Source: Desulfosudaceae bacterium (GTDB taxonomy: Bacteria > Desulfobacterota > Desulfobacteria > Desulfobacterales > Desulfosudaceae). From it: 64,000 nt of DNA. Below the pieces are notes generated by a model. It did no database searches. It worked only from the letters and a program-made list of their open reading frames with translations, and was not told the origin of the DNA. Within the stretch, counting starts at the first letter, position 1; each line of letters begins with the position of its first letter. A program made the translations under genes and the position numbers. Shown piece by piece: positions 39,275 to 49,046 of the stretch. The stretch covers positions 736,001 to 800,000 of the forward strand of contig CAXXDV010000003.1 of NCBI GenBank assembly GCA_963674745.2. Direction: 5' to 3'.

Positions 39275-40017
39275 AATATCTGATCAAAAATCTTATAAGC
39301 AGCCGCAATAGCGGGGTTTTCCTGGGGCAGCTCGACGGTGGGGCGGCCTTTAAAGTCGAAATCGTACACCGTATCATCGGCCGGAATACATCCCGCCAGT
39401 GTCAGATTGTTTTCAGCGATGATGGCCTTGACTTCATCAGAAGGGTCTTCCTTGACCCGGTTAAAAATGAGAAAGGATTTCTCCACCCCGATGTTTAAAT
39501 TCCGGGCCAGGTCGTTGATCCTGATCGCGGCCTGAAGCCCGCGGCGGGAAGCGTCTGATATGATTAGCAGGACATCCACGTTTCTGGTGGTCAGCCGGCT
39601 GATATGTTCCATGCCGGCCTCGTTGTCAATGACGATCCAGGGATAATTGTCCGAAAGTTTTTCCAGAAAATTGATCAGCAGGGTGTTGGCGGCACAATAG
39701 CAACCGGTTCCCTCCGGCTGGCCCATGACAATCAGGTCATACCCGTCGGCTTCGGAAATTGATTCTTCCATTTTCATGGAGATAAAAATGTCCTTGGTCA
39801 TGCCCGAAGGAACACTGCCTTTTTTCATGTCTTCCCGCGCCTGTCCCAGGGTTCCGGATACTTCCATACCCAGCACTTCGTTCAGGTTGGCGTTGGAGTC
39901 GGCGTCAACCGCCAGTATCGGCACCTTTCCTTTAAGGGTTAAGTAATTGATCAGCATGCCCGCGATAGTGGTTTTGCCTGTTCCGCCTTTTCCGGCCAGT
40001 GCAATTGAAAAAGCCAT
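39271..40017 (-). CDS. cooC: CooC/AcsF-type nickel-insertion ATPase
   Basis: GKGGTGKTT, DADSNANL, GCYC, DNEAGMEH.SR. Confidence 0.85.
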   Translation of the reverse strand: MAFSIALAGKGGTGKTTIAGMLINYLTLKGKVPILAVDADSNANLNEVLGMEVSGTLGQAREDMKKGSVPSGMTKDIFISMKMEESISEADGYDLIVMGQPEGTGCYCAANTLLINFLEKLSDNYPWIVIDNEAGMEHISRLTTRNVDVLLIISDASRRGLQAAIRINDLARNLNIGVEKSFLIFNRVKEDPSDEVKAIIAENNLTLAGCIPADDTVYDFDFKGRPTVELPQENPAIAAAYKIFDQIL

Positions 40018-40199
40018 AATTTTTAATCCTTATACGTAAAGCAATTATTTTATTTCAAGAACGCACATATTTCTGAATATAATTTTTTTAACATAATATG
40101 AAATAGATCTTTGTTCAAGAGAGATTCTGCTCTGGATTTTTTGCAATCCCTGGAAAAATATGTTAGGTCATTTTAAACAACAAAACAGGGGGAATAGGT

Positions 40200-40796
40200 G
40201 TGATGATAACCATAAGAACCATGACACGGTTAATTTTGATGGTGGTTTGCCTGTTTGTCATGAGCGCAGTTCTGCAAACACCTGTTTGCGCTGCGGAGCA
40301 GGTCGGTTTTTTAAACGATTCCATTAAAATCATGATGCGGTCCGGGAAAGGCTCTGATTATCGGATTATCGCCATGCCGACGCTGGGGCAGAAGATAACC
40401 GTTCTGGAAGAAGCGGACGGGTGGGTGAAAATAAGAACGGACGCGGGAACCGAAGGATGGGTCCTGAGCCGTTTTGTCGGCTATGAAGTACCTTACCGGA
40501 TTCGTTTTGACGCGCTCCACAAAGAATACAAGGAAATTTCCGAAAAACGCGCTGCCGTTGAAAAGGAGAACAGCCGGCTGACCAGAGAGAACAAAGAGAT
40601 GGCCAAACGGCTGAACACCGGGATGGGTGAGATGACAGCTCAGATCGAGAAACTCACCAAGGAGAACCGGCTTCTTCGGGATGAGGTCTCCAACCGGCTG
40701 ATCAAATGGTTTCTGACCGGTGCCGGGGTCTTGTTTTTCGGGTTTTTTATCGGTTACCTGACCAAACGGGAGCGCCGGCGGTCTTACCTTTTATAA
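40200..40796 (+). CDS. SH3b domain / coiled-coil / TM protein (YgiM-like)
   Basis: Signal peptide, MRSG.G..YRII, EGWV..RF, coiled coil, WFLTGAGV TM, basic tail. Confidence 0.85.
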   Translation: MMITIRTMTRLILMVVCLFVMSAVLQTPVCAAEQVGFLNDSIKIMMRSGKGSDYRIIAMPTLGQKITVLEEADGWVKIRTDAGTEGWVLSRFVGYEVPYRIRFDALHKEYKEISEKRAAVEKENSRLTRENKEMAKRLNTGMGEMTAQIEKLTKENRLLRDEVSNRLIKWFLTGAGVLFFGFFIGYLTKRERRRSYLL

Positions 40797-40802
40797 ATTT
40801 TT

Positions 40803-42440
40803 TTGAAAGCAAACCAATTGATGGAAATTAAAACGGATTTTCTGATTGTCGGAAGCGGTATAGCAGGGCTTAAATTCGCTCTTAAAGCAGCGGAAGTGGG
40901 CCGGGTTACAATTGTGACCAAAAAATCGGTTGATGACAGCAGCACCAACCGTGCCCAGGGGGGTATCGCTGCGGTCATCAGTGGGCTGGATTCTTTTGAT
41001 TATCATATAGAAGATACCCTGGCTTCGGGTGACGGCCTTTGCGATAAGAAGGTCGTGGACATGGTGATCAAACAGGGCCCTGACGCGGTTCGGGAACTGG
41101 CTTCTCTTGGCATTAATTTTACCACAACCCCGGCCGGGCAAAAGGATTTTGATCTCGGGCGGGAGGGCGGACATTCGCACAATCGGATTGTTCACGCCAA
41201 AGACCTGACCGGTAAGGAAATCGAGCAGGCCCTGGTTGGTTTGGCCAAAGCGAACAAAAACATTACCATTTATGAAGACCATATCGCCGTCGATCTGATT
41301 ACACATTCCACCCGGGTTAAAAAAGGGCCGGTGGTTAAAACCCGGGACGTTTACTGTTGCGGTGCCTATGTCCTTGATATTAAGAATGATCAAGTAAATA
41401 CCTTCAGTTCCATGATTACCATGCTGGCCACCGGCGGAGCCGGCAAGGTGTATGCCTATACCAGTAATCCCGATATCGCCACCGGCGATGGTATTGCCAT
41501 GGCCTACCGCGCCGGATGCACGGTGGCCAACCTGGAATTTGTTCAGTTCCATCCCACCTGCCTGTTTCATCCGGCTGCAAAGAATTTTCTGATTTCAGAA
41601 GCCGTCAGGGGCGAAGGCGGGGTGCTGATTAATTCCGCCGGTGAACCGTTTATGGGAAAATACGATCCGGCCAAAGACCTGGCCTGTCGTGACGTTGTGG
41701 CCCGGGCCATTGACACCGAGATTAAGGCCAGGGGAGATGATTGTGTGTTTCTGGACCTGACCCACCGCAAGGCGGATTTTATCAAAGACCGGTTCCCCAA
41801 TTTATACGCCAACTGTTTGAATTACGGCATTGACATGACGACGGATCCCGTTCCGGTCGTTCCCGCCGCTCACTACATGTGCGGTGGTGTTGTGACCGAC
41901 ATGAGCGGCAGGACCAACATCGACCGGCTGTATGCCGTTGGAGAATCCGCCTGTACCGGTCTTCATGGCGCCAATCGGCTGGCCAGTAATTCGCTGCTGG
42001 AAGCAGTTGTCTATGCCAATAAAGCGGTTGAATGCGCTATTGCGCAATGGCGGGAATTACCCCGCGGTGAAAACGACCTGCCGGTATGGGATGAAGCCGG
42101 TACGACGGACAGCAATGAAGCCATTACGGTATCTCAGAACTGGGATGAAATACGGCTGTTTATGTGGAACTATGTCGGCATCGTCCGTTCCGACAAGCGG
42201 CTGAAACGGGCCAAAAACCGCATTGATCTGATCATGGGAGAGATCAAGGAGTACTACTGGAATTTCCGTGTGACCGCTGATTTGCTCGAATTGCGGAATA
42301 TCGCCACGGTAGCGGATCTTATCATTACCTGCGCCATGATGCGGAAGGAAAGCCGGGGGCTTCATTATAATATCGATTATAATTTTAAAGACGACGCCAA
42401 CTGGTTGAAGGATACGGTCATCAGTATGCAGGATGACTAA
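40803..42440 (+). CDS. nadB: L-aspartate oxidase
   Basis: GSGIAGL, AQGGIA, REGGHS..RIVH, EFVQFHPT, LISEAVRGEG, HY.CGG, GLHGANRLASNSLLE; start may be 40821. Confidence 0.95.
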   Translation: MKANQLMEIKTDFLIVGSGIAGLKFALKAAEVGRVTIVTKKSVDDSSTNRAQGGIAAVISGLDSFDYHIEDTLASGDGLCDKKVVDMVIKQGPDAVRELASLGINFTTTPAGQKDFDLGREGGHSHNRIVHAKDLTGKEIEQALVGLAKANKNITIYEDHIAVDLITHSTRVKKGPVVKTRDVYCCGAYVLDIKNDQVNTFSSMITMLATGGAGKVYAYTSNPDIATGDGIAMAYRAGCTVANLEFVQFHPTCLFHPAAKNFLISEAVRGEGGVLINSAGEPFMGKYDPAKDLACRDVVARAIDTEIKARGDDCVFLDLTHRKADFIKDRFPNLYANCLNYGIDMTTDPVPVVPAAHYMCGGVVTDMSGRTNIDRLYAVGESACTGLHGANRLASNSLLEAVVYANKAVECAIAQWRELPRGENDLPVWDEAGTTDSNEAITVSQNWDEIRLFMWNYVGIVRSDKRLKRAKNRIDLIMGEIKEYYWNFRVTADLLELRNIATVADLIITCAMMRKESRGLHYNIDYNFKDDANWLKDTVISMQDD

Positions 42441-42513
42441 GGGCACCCTCAGGGGTATGCCCGATAAAGCATTAAGTTGTTTTAACATGTAAGGGTTGAG
42501 GGAGTTAGGCTTG

Positions 42514-42656
42514 AACATCGAACATTGAACGTCCAACGTCGAATTTTGAATAATGCATTCTGTCAATTTCAAAAAATTTCGTAATCAAGATGCTTTTTAA
42601 AAATAGACAGAATGCCTCATTGGATGTTCGACGTTGGACGTTCAATGTTCAACGTT
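42514..42656. repeat. Long imperfect inverted repeat with heptamer-repeat arms (MITE-like)
   Basis: About 63-bp arms AACATCGAACATTGAACGTCCAACGTCGAA...GCATTCTGTC / GACAGAATGC...TTCGACGTTGGACGTTCAATGTTCAACGTT with a short spacer. Confidence 0.85.
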
Positions 42657-42745
42657 TATTCTAAAAAAAACAAATTAGCGATTTATGGGGGGCCTCCATC
42701 GCGTCCTGCACCTTGACCGCGACCCCCAATTTTAATTTTTACTAT

Positions 42746-42773
42746 GTAGGGGCGACCGGCGGGTCGCCCCTAC
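42746..42773. repeat. GTAG-type REP-like hairpin (short copy)
   Basis: GTAGGGGCGACC-GGCG-GGTCGCCCCTAC, perfect 12-bp stem. Confidence 0.8.
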
Positions 42774-42907
42774 GCCCGTGGCACCCGTTTTTATTATTAC
42801 CCCTTGACGTCTCACCCTCAATCAGGTTATTGACAACCAGCCTTCAGGTATTATTTTATATTATTAATCTGAGAAGATACGTTTTCCCAGGCATCAAGCA
42901 GAGAGGT

Positions 42908-44017
42908 ATGATGGAAAAGCGATGTTATTACGAGATTCTCGGTGTTTCCAGAGAAGTGACCGAGGTGGAACTGAAAAAGTGCTACCGCAAAATCGCGCTG
43001 AAGTATCATCCGGACAAAAATCCGGGTGATAAAGAAGCCGAAGAAAAATTCAAGGAAGCGTCGGAAGCCTACAGCGTGCTTTGTGATTCTGAAAAGCGCC
43101 GTGTTTATGATCAGTTCGGACATGCCGGTTTAAACGGTTTTGGTGGCGGACATGGTACCGGTTTTGAAGATGTTTTTTCCAGTTTCGGCGATATATTTGA
43201 AGATTTTTTCGGGTTTGGCGGCGGTCGCCGAGGTGGCCGGCGGACCCGTCGCGGGGATGACCTGAGATATGATTTAACCATTGATTTTTTACAGGCCGCC
43301 TTTGGTCATGAAACGGAAATCCAGCTGGAAAAACTGGCCCCGTGTTCAAAATGTGAAGGCAGCGGATGCAAACCCGGCACGCAGCCCGAAACATGCCGGC
43401 AATGTAACGGTACCGGCCAGATGACCCGTTCCCAGGGCTTTTTCATGGTTAAAACCACCTGTTCCGCCTGCCGGGGAAGCGGGCGATATATCGCTTCGCC
43501 CTGCCCCAAGTGCAAGGGCAGGGGGCAGGAAATGGCCAAGAAAACCGTGGCCCTGAAAATCCCGGCCGGGGTTGACAACGGCTCAAAACTACGCCTGACA
43601 GGTGAAGGTGAAGCCGGTCCGGACGGGGCGCCTCCCGGAGACCTGTACGTGTTCATCAATGTTCGGCCCCACAAGTTTTTTCAGCGAAATCAGAACGATG
43701 TGATCTGCCTTATGGAGATATCCTTTGTCCAGGCCGCCCTGGGCGATACCATCATGGTACCCACCCTGGACGGTGAAAAGCCGCTGGACATTCCCAAAGG
43801 CACTCAATATGGAGATACCTTCCGGTTTGTCGGGGAAGGTATACCGTCTTTGCGAACCAAACAGCGAGGGGACCAGATCATTCAAGTTGACGTCAAGACC
43901 CCGGTCAACCTGAGCAAGAAACAGGAAGAACTGCTCCAGGAGTTTGCTTCCTTTGAAAAGGAAAAATTTTCCAACAAACTGAAAAACCTTCTAAAAAAGA
44001 GCGCCGGCTTTCGGTGA
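42908..44017 (+). CDS. dnaJ: Chaperone DnaJ
   Basis: J domain with HPD, G/F region, four CxxCxGxG repeats, C-terminal domain; GAGG RBS before ATG 42908. Confidence 0.95.
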   Translation: MMEKRCYYEILGVSREVTEVELKKCYRKIALKYHPDKNPGDKEAEEKFKEASEAYSVLCDSEKRRVYDQFGHAGLNGFGGGHGTGFEDVFSSFGDIFEDFFGFGGGRRGGRRTRRGDDLRYDLTIDFLQAAFGHETEIQLEKLAPCSKCEGSGCKPGTQPETCRQCNGTGQMTRSQGFFMVKTTCSACRGSGRYIASPCPKCKGRGQEMAKKTVALKIPAGVDNGSKLRLTGEGEAGPDGAPPGDLYVFINVRPHKFFQRNQNDVICLMEISFVQAALGDTIMVPTLDGEKPLDIPKGTQYGDTFRFVGEGIPSLRTKQRGDQIIQVDVKTPVNLSKKQEELLQEFASFEKEKFSNKLKNLLKKSAGFR

Positions 44018-44052
44018 TAACCGGCTGATCTGAAAAACAGGGAAATAAATAT

Positions 44053-44424
44053 ATGTTTGAATTAAAAATTTTGACGGACTTTGCTGCCGCTCACCAGTTG
44101 ACCATGGTCACTGAGAAATGCGAGAACCTGCACGGCCATAACTGGCAGGTGGAAGTTTGCGTGGCCGGAAAAGAACTGAACAGCGCCGGTGTTTTGATCG
44201 ACTTCGGTGAACTCAAAGCCCTTGTAGGGGAAATCGTGGCCGATCTTGACCACAAATTTTTAAATGATCTGGCCGTATTCAACAACAATCCCTCTTCCGA
44301 GCGGATCGCTGTTTATATTGCCGACAGGCTGTCCAGCATGCTGCCCGACAACGGAATCCATGTCTCCCGCATAGCGGTCTGGGAATCCAACGATGCCTGC
44401 GCCACCTATACCCCCGGGCAGTAG
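44053..44424 (+). CDS. queD: 6-carboxytetrahydropterin synthase
   Basis: FAAAH, CENLHGHNW, IDF, LDHKFLN, PSSE, VWES. Confidence 0.92.
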   Translation: MFELKILTDFAAAHQLTMVTEKCENLHGHNWQVEVCVAGKELNSAGVLIDFGELKALVGEIVADLDHKFLNDLAVFNNNPSSERIAVYIADRLSSMLPDNGIHVSRIAVWESNDACATYTPGQ

Positions 44425-44435
44425 GAGGCCATTTT

Positions 44436-45341
44436 TTGATTATTCGGCAATCAAGCGAGATTTTTCCGGGCTTTTTCGCCCTGTATCCCATTGATGTGCC
44501 GGCTTTTCTACTTGACGGCCGTTATCCTGCTGTTTTTGACGCCGGCTTTTCCTGCCTGGGGGGCTGGTATGCCGACCAGATCAATAACCTTCTGGAAGGG
44601 CGCAGCCCCGGTTTCTGCTTTATCACCCATTCCCATTTTGATCACCTGGGTGCCGTATCTGTTTTAAAGAACCGTTTCCCGGACATGCGGATTTGCGCTC
44701 ATGAGAATGTGGGCCGGATCCTGGAAAAAGATTCGGCCGTGGAGCGGATCCGTATGTTGAATAAAGCCGGCCTTGAATCCGTGGCGTCATACGGTGTTGA
44801 AACGATAAGCCGTGAACCGTTTGAACCGTTTACCGTGGACCAGTGCCTGGCGGCTGGTGATGAAATTAAAATAGCCGACGACCTGACAATCCGTGTGTTT
44901 CATACACCAGGTCATACCCGGGATTGCCTGAGTTATTACATCCCGGAAAAAAAGACATTGATCGCCTCCGAGGCCCTGGGTATTCCCGACTATACGGGCT
45001 ATGTGGTCACGGATTTTCTGGTGGATTATGACCTTTATCTGGATTCCATGAGAAGCCTGATGGATCTTGATGTCGAGGTCCTGTGCTTCGGTCACGGCTA
45101 TGTTTATACGGGTGAAGATGCCGCCGAACATATTCCCCGGGCCATGAAATACGCGGAAGAATTTTTCAGCCTGGTCCAAACCTGCCTGGCGGAAGAAGCG
45201 GGTGACCTGGAGCGGGTCATCCAGCGGGTCAAAGCCGTGGAGTATGACTGTAAAACCGGCTCCAAGCAGCCGGAGCCCGCTTACCTGTTGAACCTTCAGG
45301 CCAGGATAGCGGCGGTTCAGCGGCGGCTGGGGCACGGTTAA
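44436..45341 (+). CDS. MBL-fold metallo-hydrolase
   Basis: THSHFDH, HTPGHT, CFGHG; AGGAGG RBS before TTG. Confidence 0.85.
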   Translation: MIIRQSSEIFPGFFALYPIDVPAFLLDGRYPAVFDAGFSCLGGWYADQINNLLEGRSPGFCFITHSHFDHLGAVSVLKNRFPDMRICAHENVGRILEKDSAVERIRMLNKAGLESVASYGVETISREPFEPFTVDQCLAAGDEIKIADDLTIRVFHTPGHTRDCLSYYIPEKKTLIASEALGIPDYTGYVVTDFLVDYDLYLDSMRSLMDLDVEVLCFGHGYVYTGEDAAEHIPRAMKYAEEFFSLVQTCLAEEAGDLERVIQRVKAVEYDCKTGSKQPEPAYLLNLQARIAAVQRRLGHG

Positions 45342-45426
45342 TTCCGAAAGATTTTACCCCTCTAGAGACGCCTTGAACCTGGTCCCCTGGCACCTTCTGC
45401 TGTGTTGCAGGCCGCTCGCCAATGCT

Positions 45427-45481
45427 GTAGGGGCGGCCCCCTGTGGCCGCCCGATGAAAGGACACAGGGGGGTGCCCCTAC
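45427..45481. repeat. GTAG-type REP-like palindromic element (copy 2)
   Basis: GTAGGGGCGGCCCCCTGTGGCCGCCCGATGAAAGG...GCCCCTAC; inverted copy of 4365-4423. Confidence 0.8.
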
Positions 45482-45626
45482 GTGATTTGGCGTCCTGCGC
45501 CTTTCAGGATGGGGCAAGAGGCAACACGTTTTTCGATTGTCTTGGACAATAATGAAAAATGATGTTTATATATCGCTCAAGAAAATATGGTGCGCTTTCG
45601 CGGGCTTTTGAAAGAAAGGAAAAACC

Positions 45627-46538
45627 GTGAGTCATCTGGAAGTCGATATCAATGGCTTGACCCTGACCAACCCGGTCATGACCGCCTCGGGAACTTTTGG
45701 CTATGGACGCGAGTTTGACGACCTGATGGATCTGGACCGTCTGGGCGGAATCGTCGTCAAGGGTATTTCCCTGAAACCTTCACCCGGCAACCCGCCCCCC
45801 CGAATCGTTGAAACCGCCGCCGGTATGCTCAATGCCATCGGCCTGGAAAACGTCGGCCTGGAAGCCTTTATCAAAGAAAAACTGCCTTTTCTAAAAACCC
45901 TGGCCCCCAGAATTTTTGTCAACATTTACGGCAGGCAGATTGAAGATTACGCGGCCCTGGCCGGTGAACTGGATGGTCTGGATGGCATCCACGGCCTGGA
46001 GGTCAATATCTCCTGTCCCAATGTCAAATCCGGCGGTATTGCTTTTGGCGTGGACCCGATCGAAGCCGCCCGCGTGGTCACGGCCGTCAGAAAAATGACG
46101 ACCCGTCACGTGATGGTCAAGCTTTCCCCTAACGTGTCGGATATCACGGCCATTGCCCGTAGCGTGGCCGATGCCGGCGCGGATTCCGTGTCCCTGATCA
46201 ACACCCTGACCGGTATGGCCATAGATGTTGCCACCCGGCGGCCCAGGCTGGCCAATATCACCGGCGGCCTGTCCGGTCCGGCCATCAAACCGGTTGCCCT
46301 GCGCATGGTCTGGGAAACCGCCCGCAACGTCGATATCCCGGTCATTGGCATCGGCGGCATCATGACCGCTGAAGATGCCCTGGAATTTCTCATTGCCGGC
46401 GCCATGGCCGTTCAGATCGGCACCGCCAACTTCATCAATCCCCGTACGACTACAGATGCTCTGGATGGTATCGAGCGCTACCTGGAAGAGAATAACATCT
46501 CTTCAGTTAAAGAGATTATCGGTACCCTGGAAACCTGA
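45627..46538 (+). CDS. pyrD: Dihydroorotate dehydrogenase family 1B catalytic subunit
   Basis: NPVMTASGTFG, MLNAIGLEN, NISCPN, VKLSPNV, INTL, GGLSG.AIKP. Confidence 0.93.
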   Translation: MSHLEVDINGLTLTNPVMTASGTFGYGREFDDLMDLDRLGGIVVKGISLKPSPGNPPPRIVETAAGMLNAIGLENVGLEAFIKEKLPFLKTLAPRIFVNIYGRQIEDYAALAGELDGLDGIHGLEVNISCPNVKSGGIAFGVDPIEAARVVTAVRKMTTRHVMVKLSPNVSDITAIARSVADAGADSVSLINTLTGMAIDVATRRPRLANITGGLSGPAIKPVALRMVWETARNVDIPVIGIGGIMTAEDALEFLIAGAMAVQIGTANFINPRTTTDALDGIERYLEENNISSVKEIIGTLET

Positions 46539-46626
46539 TTCAGTGATAAAAGAACATGGAATTTGTGTAAAAAATCATAACGCTTGCAGGACTTGGCAAG
46601 CGGTATGCCCGTCCAGGCCTGTAGGC

Positions 46627-47418
46627 TTATTCTCCGAGATCGGGCTGGGTGCCGCAGGTGATGGTGGCATAAGCGCTGTGGTTATGAATAGACTCGAAAT
46701 TTTCAACGCTTATGGAAAACCAGGTAATGTTGGTGTCCTCTTTCAGTTCAATGGCAATATCCCGTACAATATCTTCAACAAACTTGGGGTTGCTATAACC
46801 TTTGTCGGTTACGTATTTTTCGTCCGAGCGTTTTAATACCGAGTAAAGTTCACATGAAGCCGCCCGTTCAACCAGTTCGATCATATCCTCGATCCAGATA
46901 AATTTTTTAAACCGGATGGCCAGCTTGACAACGCCCCGCTGATTGTGGGCGCCGCCGCTGCTTATCTCCTTTGAACAGGGACAGACCGAAGAGATGGGAA
47001 CGATGATTTCTGACACAAGGTCGACTTTGGCATTGGCTTTGCTGGTTCCCAGCAGCCGGCAGGTGTATTCCATGTAAGCCGGTGTTTTGCTGATCGGTGC
47101 CTCTTTTTCGATGAAATAGGGGAAGGTCACTTCCATATGGGCGGACTGGGCCTCAAGATCCTGTTTCATCTGATCCAGAATGACGGCAAAGGTTTTTAAT
47201 GAGATTTCCGGCTGGAACATGTGCAGCAGTTCCACAAAACGGCTCATATGCGTGCCCTTGCTGTAATGGGGAAGGTCCACGTACATGTTGATGGAAGCCA
47301 CTGTCCGCTGGAAGCCGTTTTTTCGGTCAAGTACCCGGATAGGGTACTTCAGATTTTTGATGCCCACGTTGTCAATGGGCATTACCCTGTAATCACGGGC
47401 TTTCTGAATGTCTTTCAT
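46627..47418 (-). CDS. folE2: GTP cyclohydrolase IB
   Basis: KGTHMSRF, CPCSKEIS..GAHNQR, LKR.DEK, NPKFVED, ESIHNH. Confidence 0.95.
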   Translation of the reverse strand: MKDIQKARDYRVMPIDNVGIKNLKYPIRVLDRKNGFQRTVASINMYVDLPHYSKGTHMSRFVELLHMFQPEISLKTFAVILDQMKQDLEAQSAHMEVTFPYFIEKEAPISKTPAYMEYTCRLLGTSKANAKVDLVSEIIVPISSVCPCSKEISSGGAHNQRGVVKLAIRFKKFIWIEDMIELVERAASCELYSVLKRSDEKYVTDKGYSNPKFVEDIVRDIAIELKEDTNITWFSISVENFESIHNHSAYATITCGTQPDLGE

Positions 47419-48164
47419 TATATGTTTTTTACCTTGTCACTTTTTAACATATAGTCTGTTTTGATGTTTCCCATGGCCCTGAAGATGTTCCCTTTCACTT
47501 TCCGGTTGCTTTTGTACAGCTGTTCCAGTAACAGCTTGATCTCATGACGCCGGGATGTCTTCGCCGTCGGGCAGGGGTTTTCAAATTCCTCGAACCCGAG
47601 TTCCGCCACAAATTTTCTTATATCATGTTCTTCAACGAATGCAAGTGGCCGGATGATGGTAATCTCTCCGCCGAACATGGACAGGCTGGGTTGCATGGCA
47701 CTAATTTCGCCGGCATAACACATATTCAAAAACAGGGATTCGATGATGTCATCTTTGTTGTGACCCAGGGCGAGTTTGTTGCAACCCAGTTCGGCGGAGA
47801 TTTCAAAAAGTCTTTTGCGACGTATCCGCGAACAGAGAAAGCAGGGGTTCTCTCGGTTAATCTCACTGTGGGCGACAACACCACAATCAGAATAGTCTAC
47901 GCGAAGTGCCCACCCGTTTTCCCGACAGTAAGACAGGAGTTCTTCAGCAAAACCGTTTTCAAATCCCGGATCGATATAGCAGGGAAAAAGCTCGTAGGTT
48001 ATCGGTATCCGGGAAAGCCGTTCCGAAAGCAGCCACAACATGGCCAGGCTGTCTTTCCCACCGGACAGGGCGACGCAGATTCTGTCCCGGTCATGGAGCA
48101 TGTCATAACGGTGAATCGCTTTGCCGACAGCGCGGTTGATACGTTTTGGTCTGCTGGCGGGCAT
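47418..48164 (-). CDS. ttcA: TtcA-family tRNA 2-thiocytidine biosynthesis ATPase
   Basis: SGGKDS PP-loop, C.LCSR.RR, ALGH..DD, IRPL. Confidence 0.75.
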   Translation of the reverse strand: MPASRPKRINRAVGKAIHRYDMLHDRDRICVALSGGKDSLAMLWLLSERLSRIPITYELFPCYIDPGFENGFAEELLSYCRENGWALRVDYSDCGVVAHSEINRENPCFLCSRIRRKRLFEISAELGCNKLALGHNKDDIIESLFLNMCYAGEISAMQPSLSMFGGEITIIRPLAFVEEHDIRKFVAELGFEEFENPCPTAKTSRRHEIKLLLEQLYKSNRKVKGNIFRAMGNIKTDYMLKSDKVKNI

Positions 48165-48173
48165 GGAATTCAG

Positions 48174-48542
48174 TTATAATTCGTCGTCGTAGTTCTCTTC
48201 TTCAGTGGCGTCGAAGTTTTCGTCTGCATCCTCAACTTCATCACTGTCTTCCACGGCGACTATTTTCTCTTTGAATTCACTCGCAATTTCAGCCAGGTCC
48301 TCTTCCGGTAAGGCATCCATGTCAGTGCTGAACAGGGCCCTTTTGGCTTTTTCCATGTTTTCCATGGTGATTTTGCCGGCCGCAATTTCCCTGAGCGCGA
48401 CAACGATATCCTCGTTTTTAGGCGAAATTACCAGGTATTCAGATCCTTCCCGAATCTGCCGGACGCGCTGTGCCGCCAGGTGAACCAGTTCAAAACGGGA
48501 TGGCACTTTTCTCAAGCAGTCTTCAACAGTTATTCTTGCCAC
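48174..48542 (-). CDS. rpoZ: RNA polymerase omega subunit with acidic tail
   Basis: MARITVEDCL...SRFELV..AAQR.RQ...ALREIAAG; GGAGG RBS. Confidence 0.93.
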   Translation of the reverse strand: MARITVEDCLRKVPSRFELVHLAAQRVRQIREGSEYLVISPKNEDIVVALREIAAGKITMENMEKAKRALFSTDMDALPEEDLAEIASEFKEKIVAVEDSDEVEDADENFDATEEENYDDEL

Positions 48543-48563
48543 GTTTAATCCTCCGGTATATTT

Positions 48564-49031
48564 TTATAAAATTTCCACAAGTTCATATTTACGCTGGCCG
48601 CCGGGTGCCTGAAGTGTAATCTCCTGTCCCGGCTCTTTGCCCAGGATGGCTTTTCCCAGTGGTGAAGTAATTGAAATCAGTCCCTTGTCGATATCAGATT
48701 CATCCGGTCCAACCAGTTGATAGGTGACCTCTTCTCCTGTATCCATATTTTCCAGCAGGACCGTAGTGCCGAACATGGCCTTATCTCTGATAGCCGTCTC
48801 CGGATCGATCACATTCACATCAGCCAGCTTGCTGGACAGTTCATTGATTCGGCCTTCAAGAAAGGACTGTCGCTCCCTTGCGGCGTGATACTCGGCGTTT
48901 TCCGACAGGTCACCGTGGGCGCGGGCTTCGGCGATGGCCATGATGGTTTTCGGCCGCTCTATGGATTTAAGCATTTCCAGTTCTTTTTTCATGGCTTCAT
49001 AGCCGTTTCGGGTAATCGGAATAGATCCCAC
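48564..49031 (-). CDS. greA: Transcription elongation factor GreA
   Basis: EARAHGDLSENAEYHAARE, IS..SPLGKA.LG. Confidence 0.95.
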   Translation of the reverse strand: MGSIPITRNGYEAMKKELEMLKSIERPKTIMAIAEARAHGDLSENAEYHAARERQSFLEGRINELSSKLADVNVIDPETAIRDKAMFGTTVLLENMDTGEEVTYQLVGPDESDIDKGLISITSPLGKAILGKEPGQEITLQAPGGQRKYELVEIL

Positions 49032-49046
49032 TTCAGACTCCTTAAA

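Noticed and set aside
42514..42656. CRISPR array
   Set aside because: Repeats are contiguous 7-mers in inverted arms with no spacers and no cas genes.
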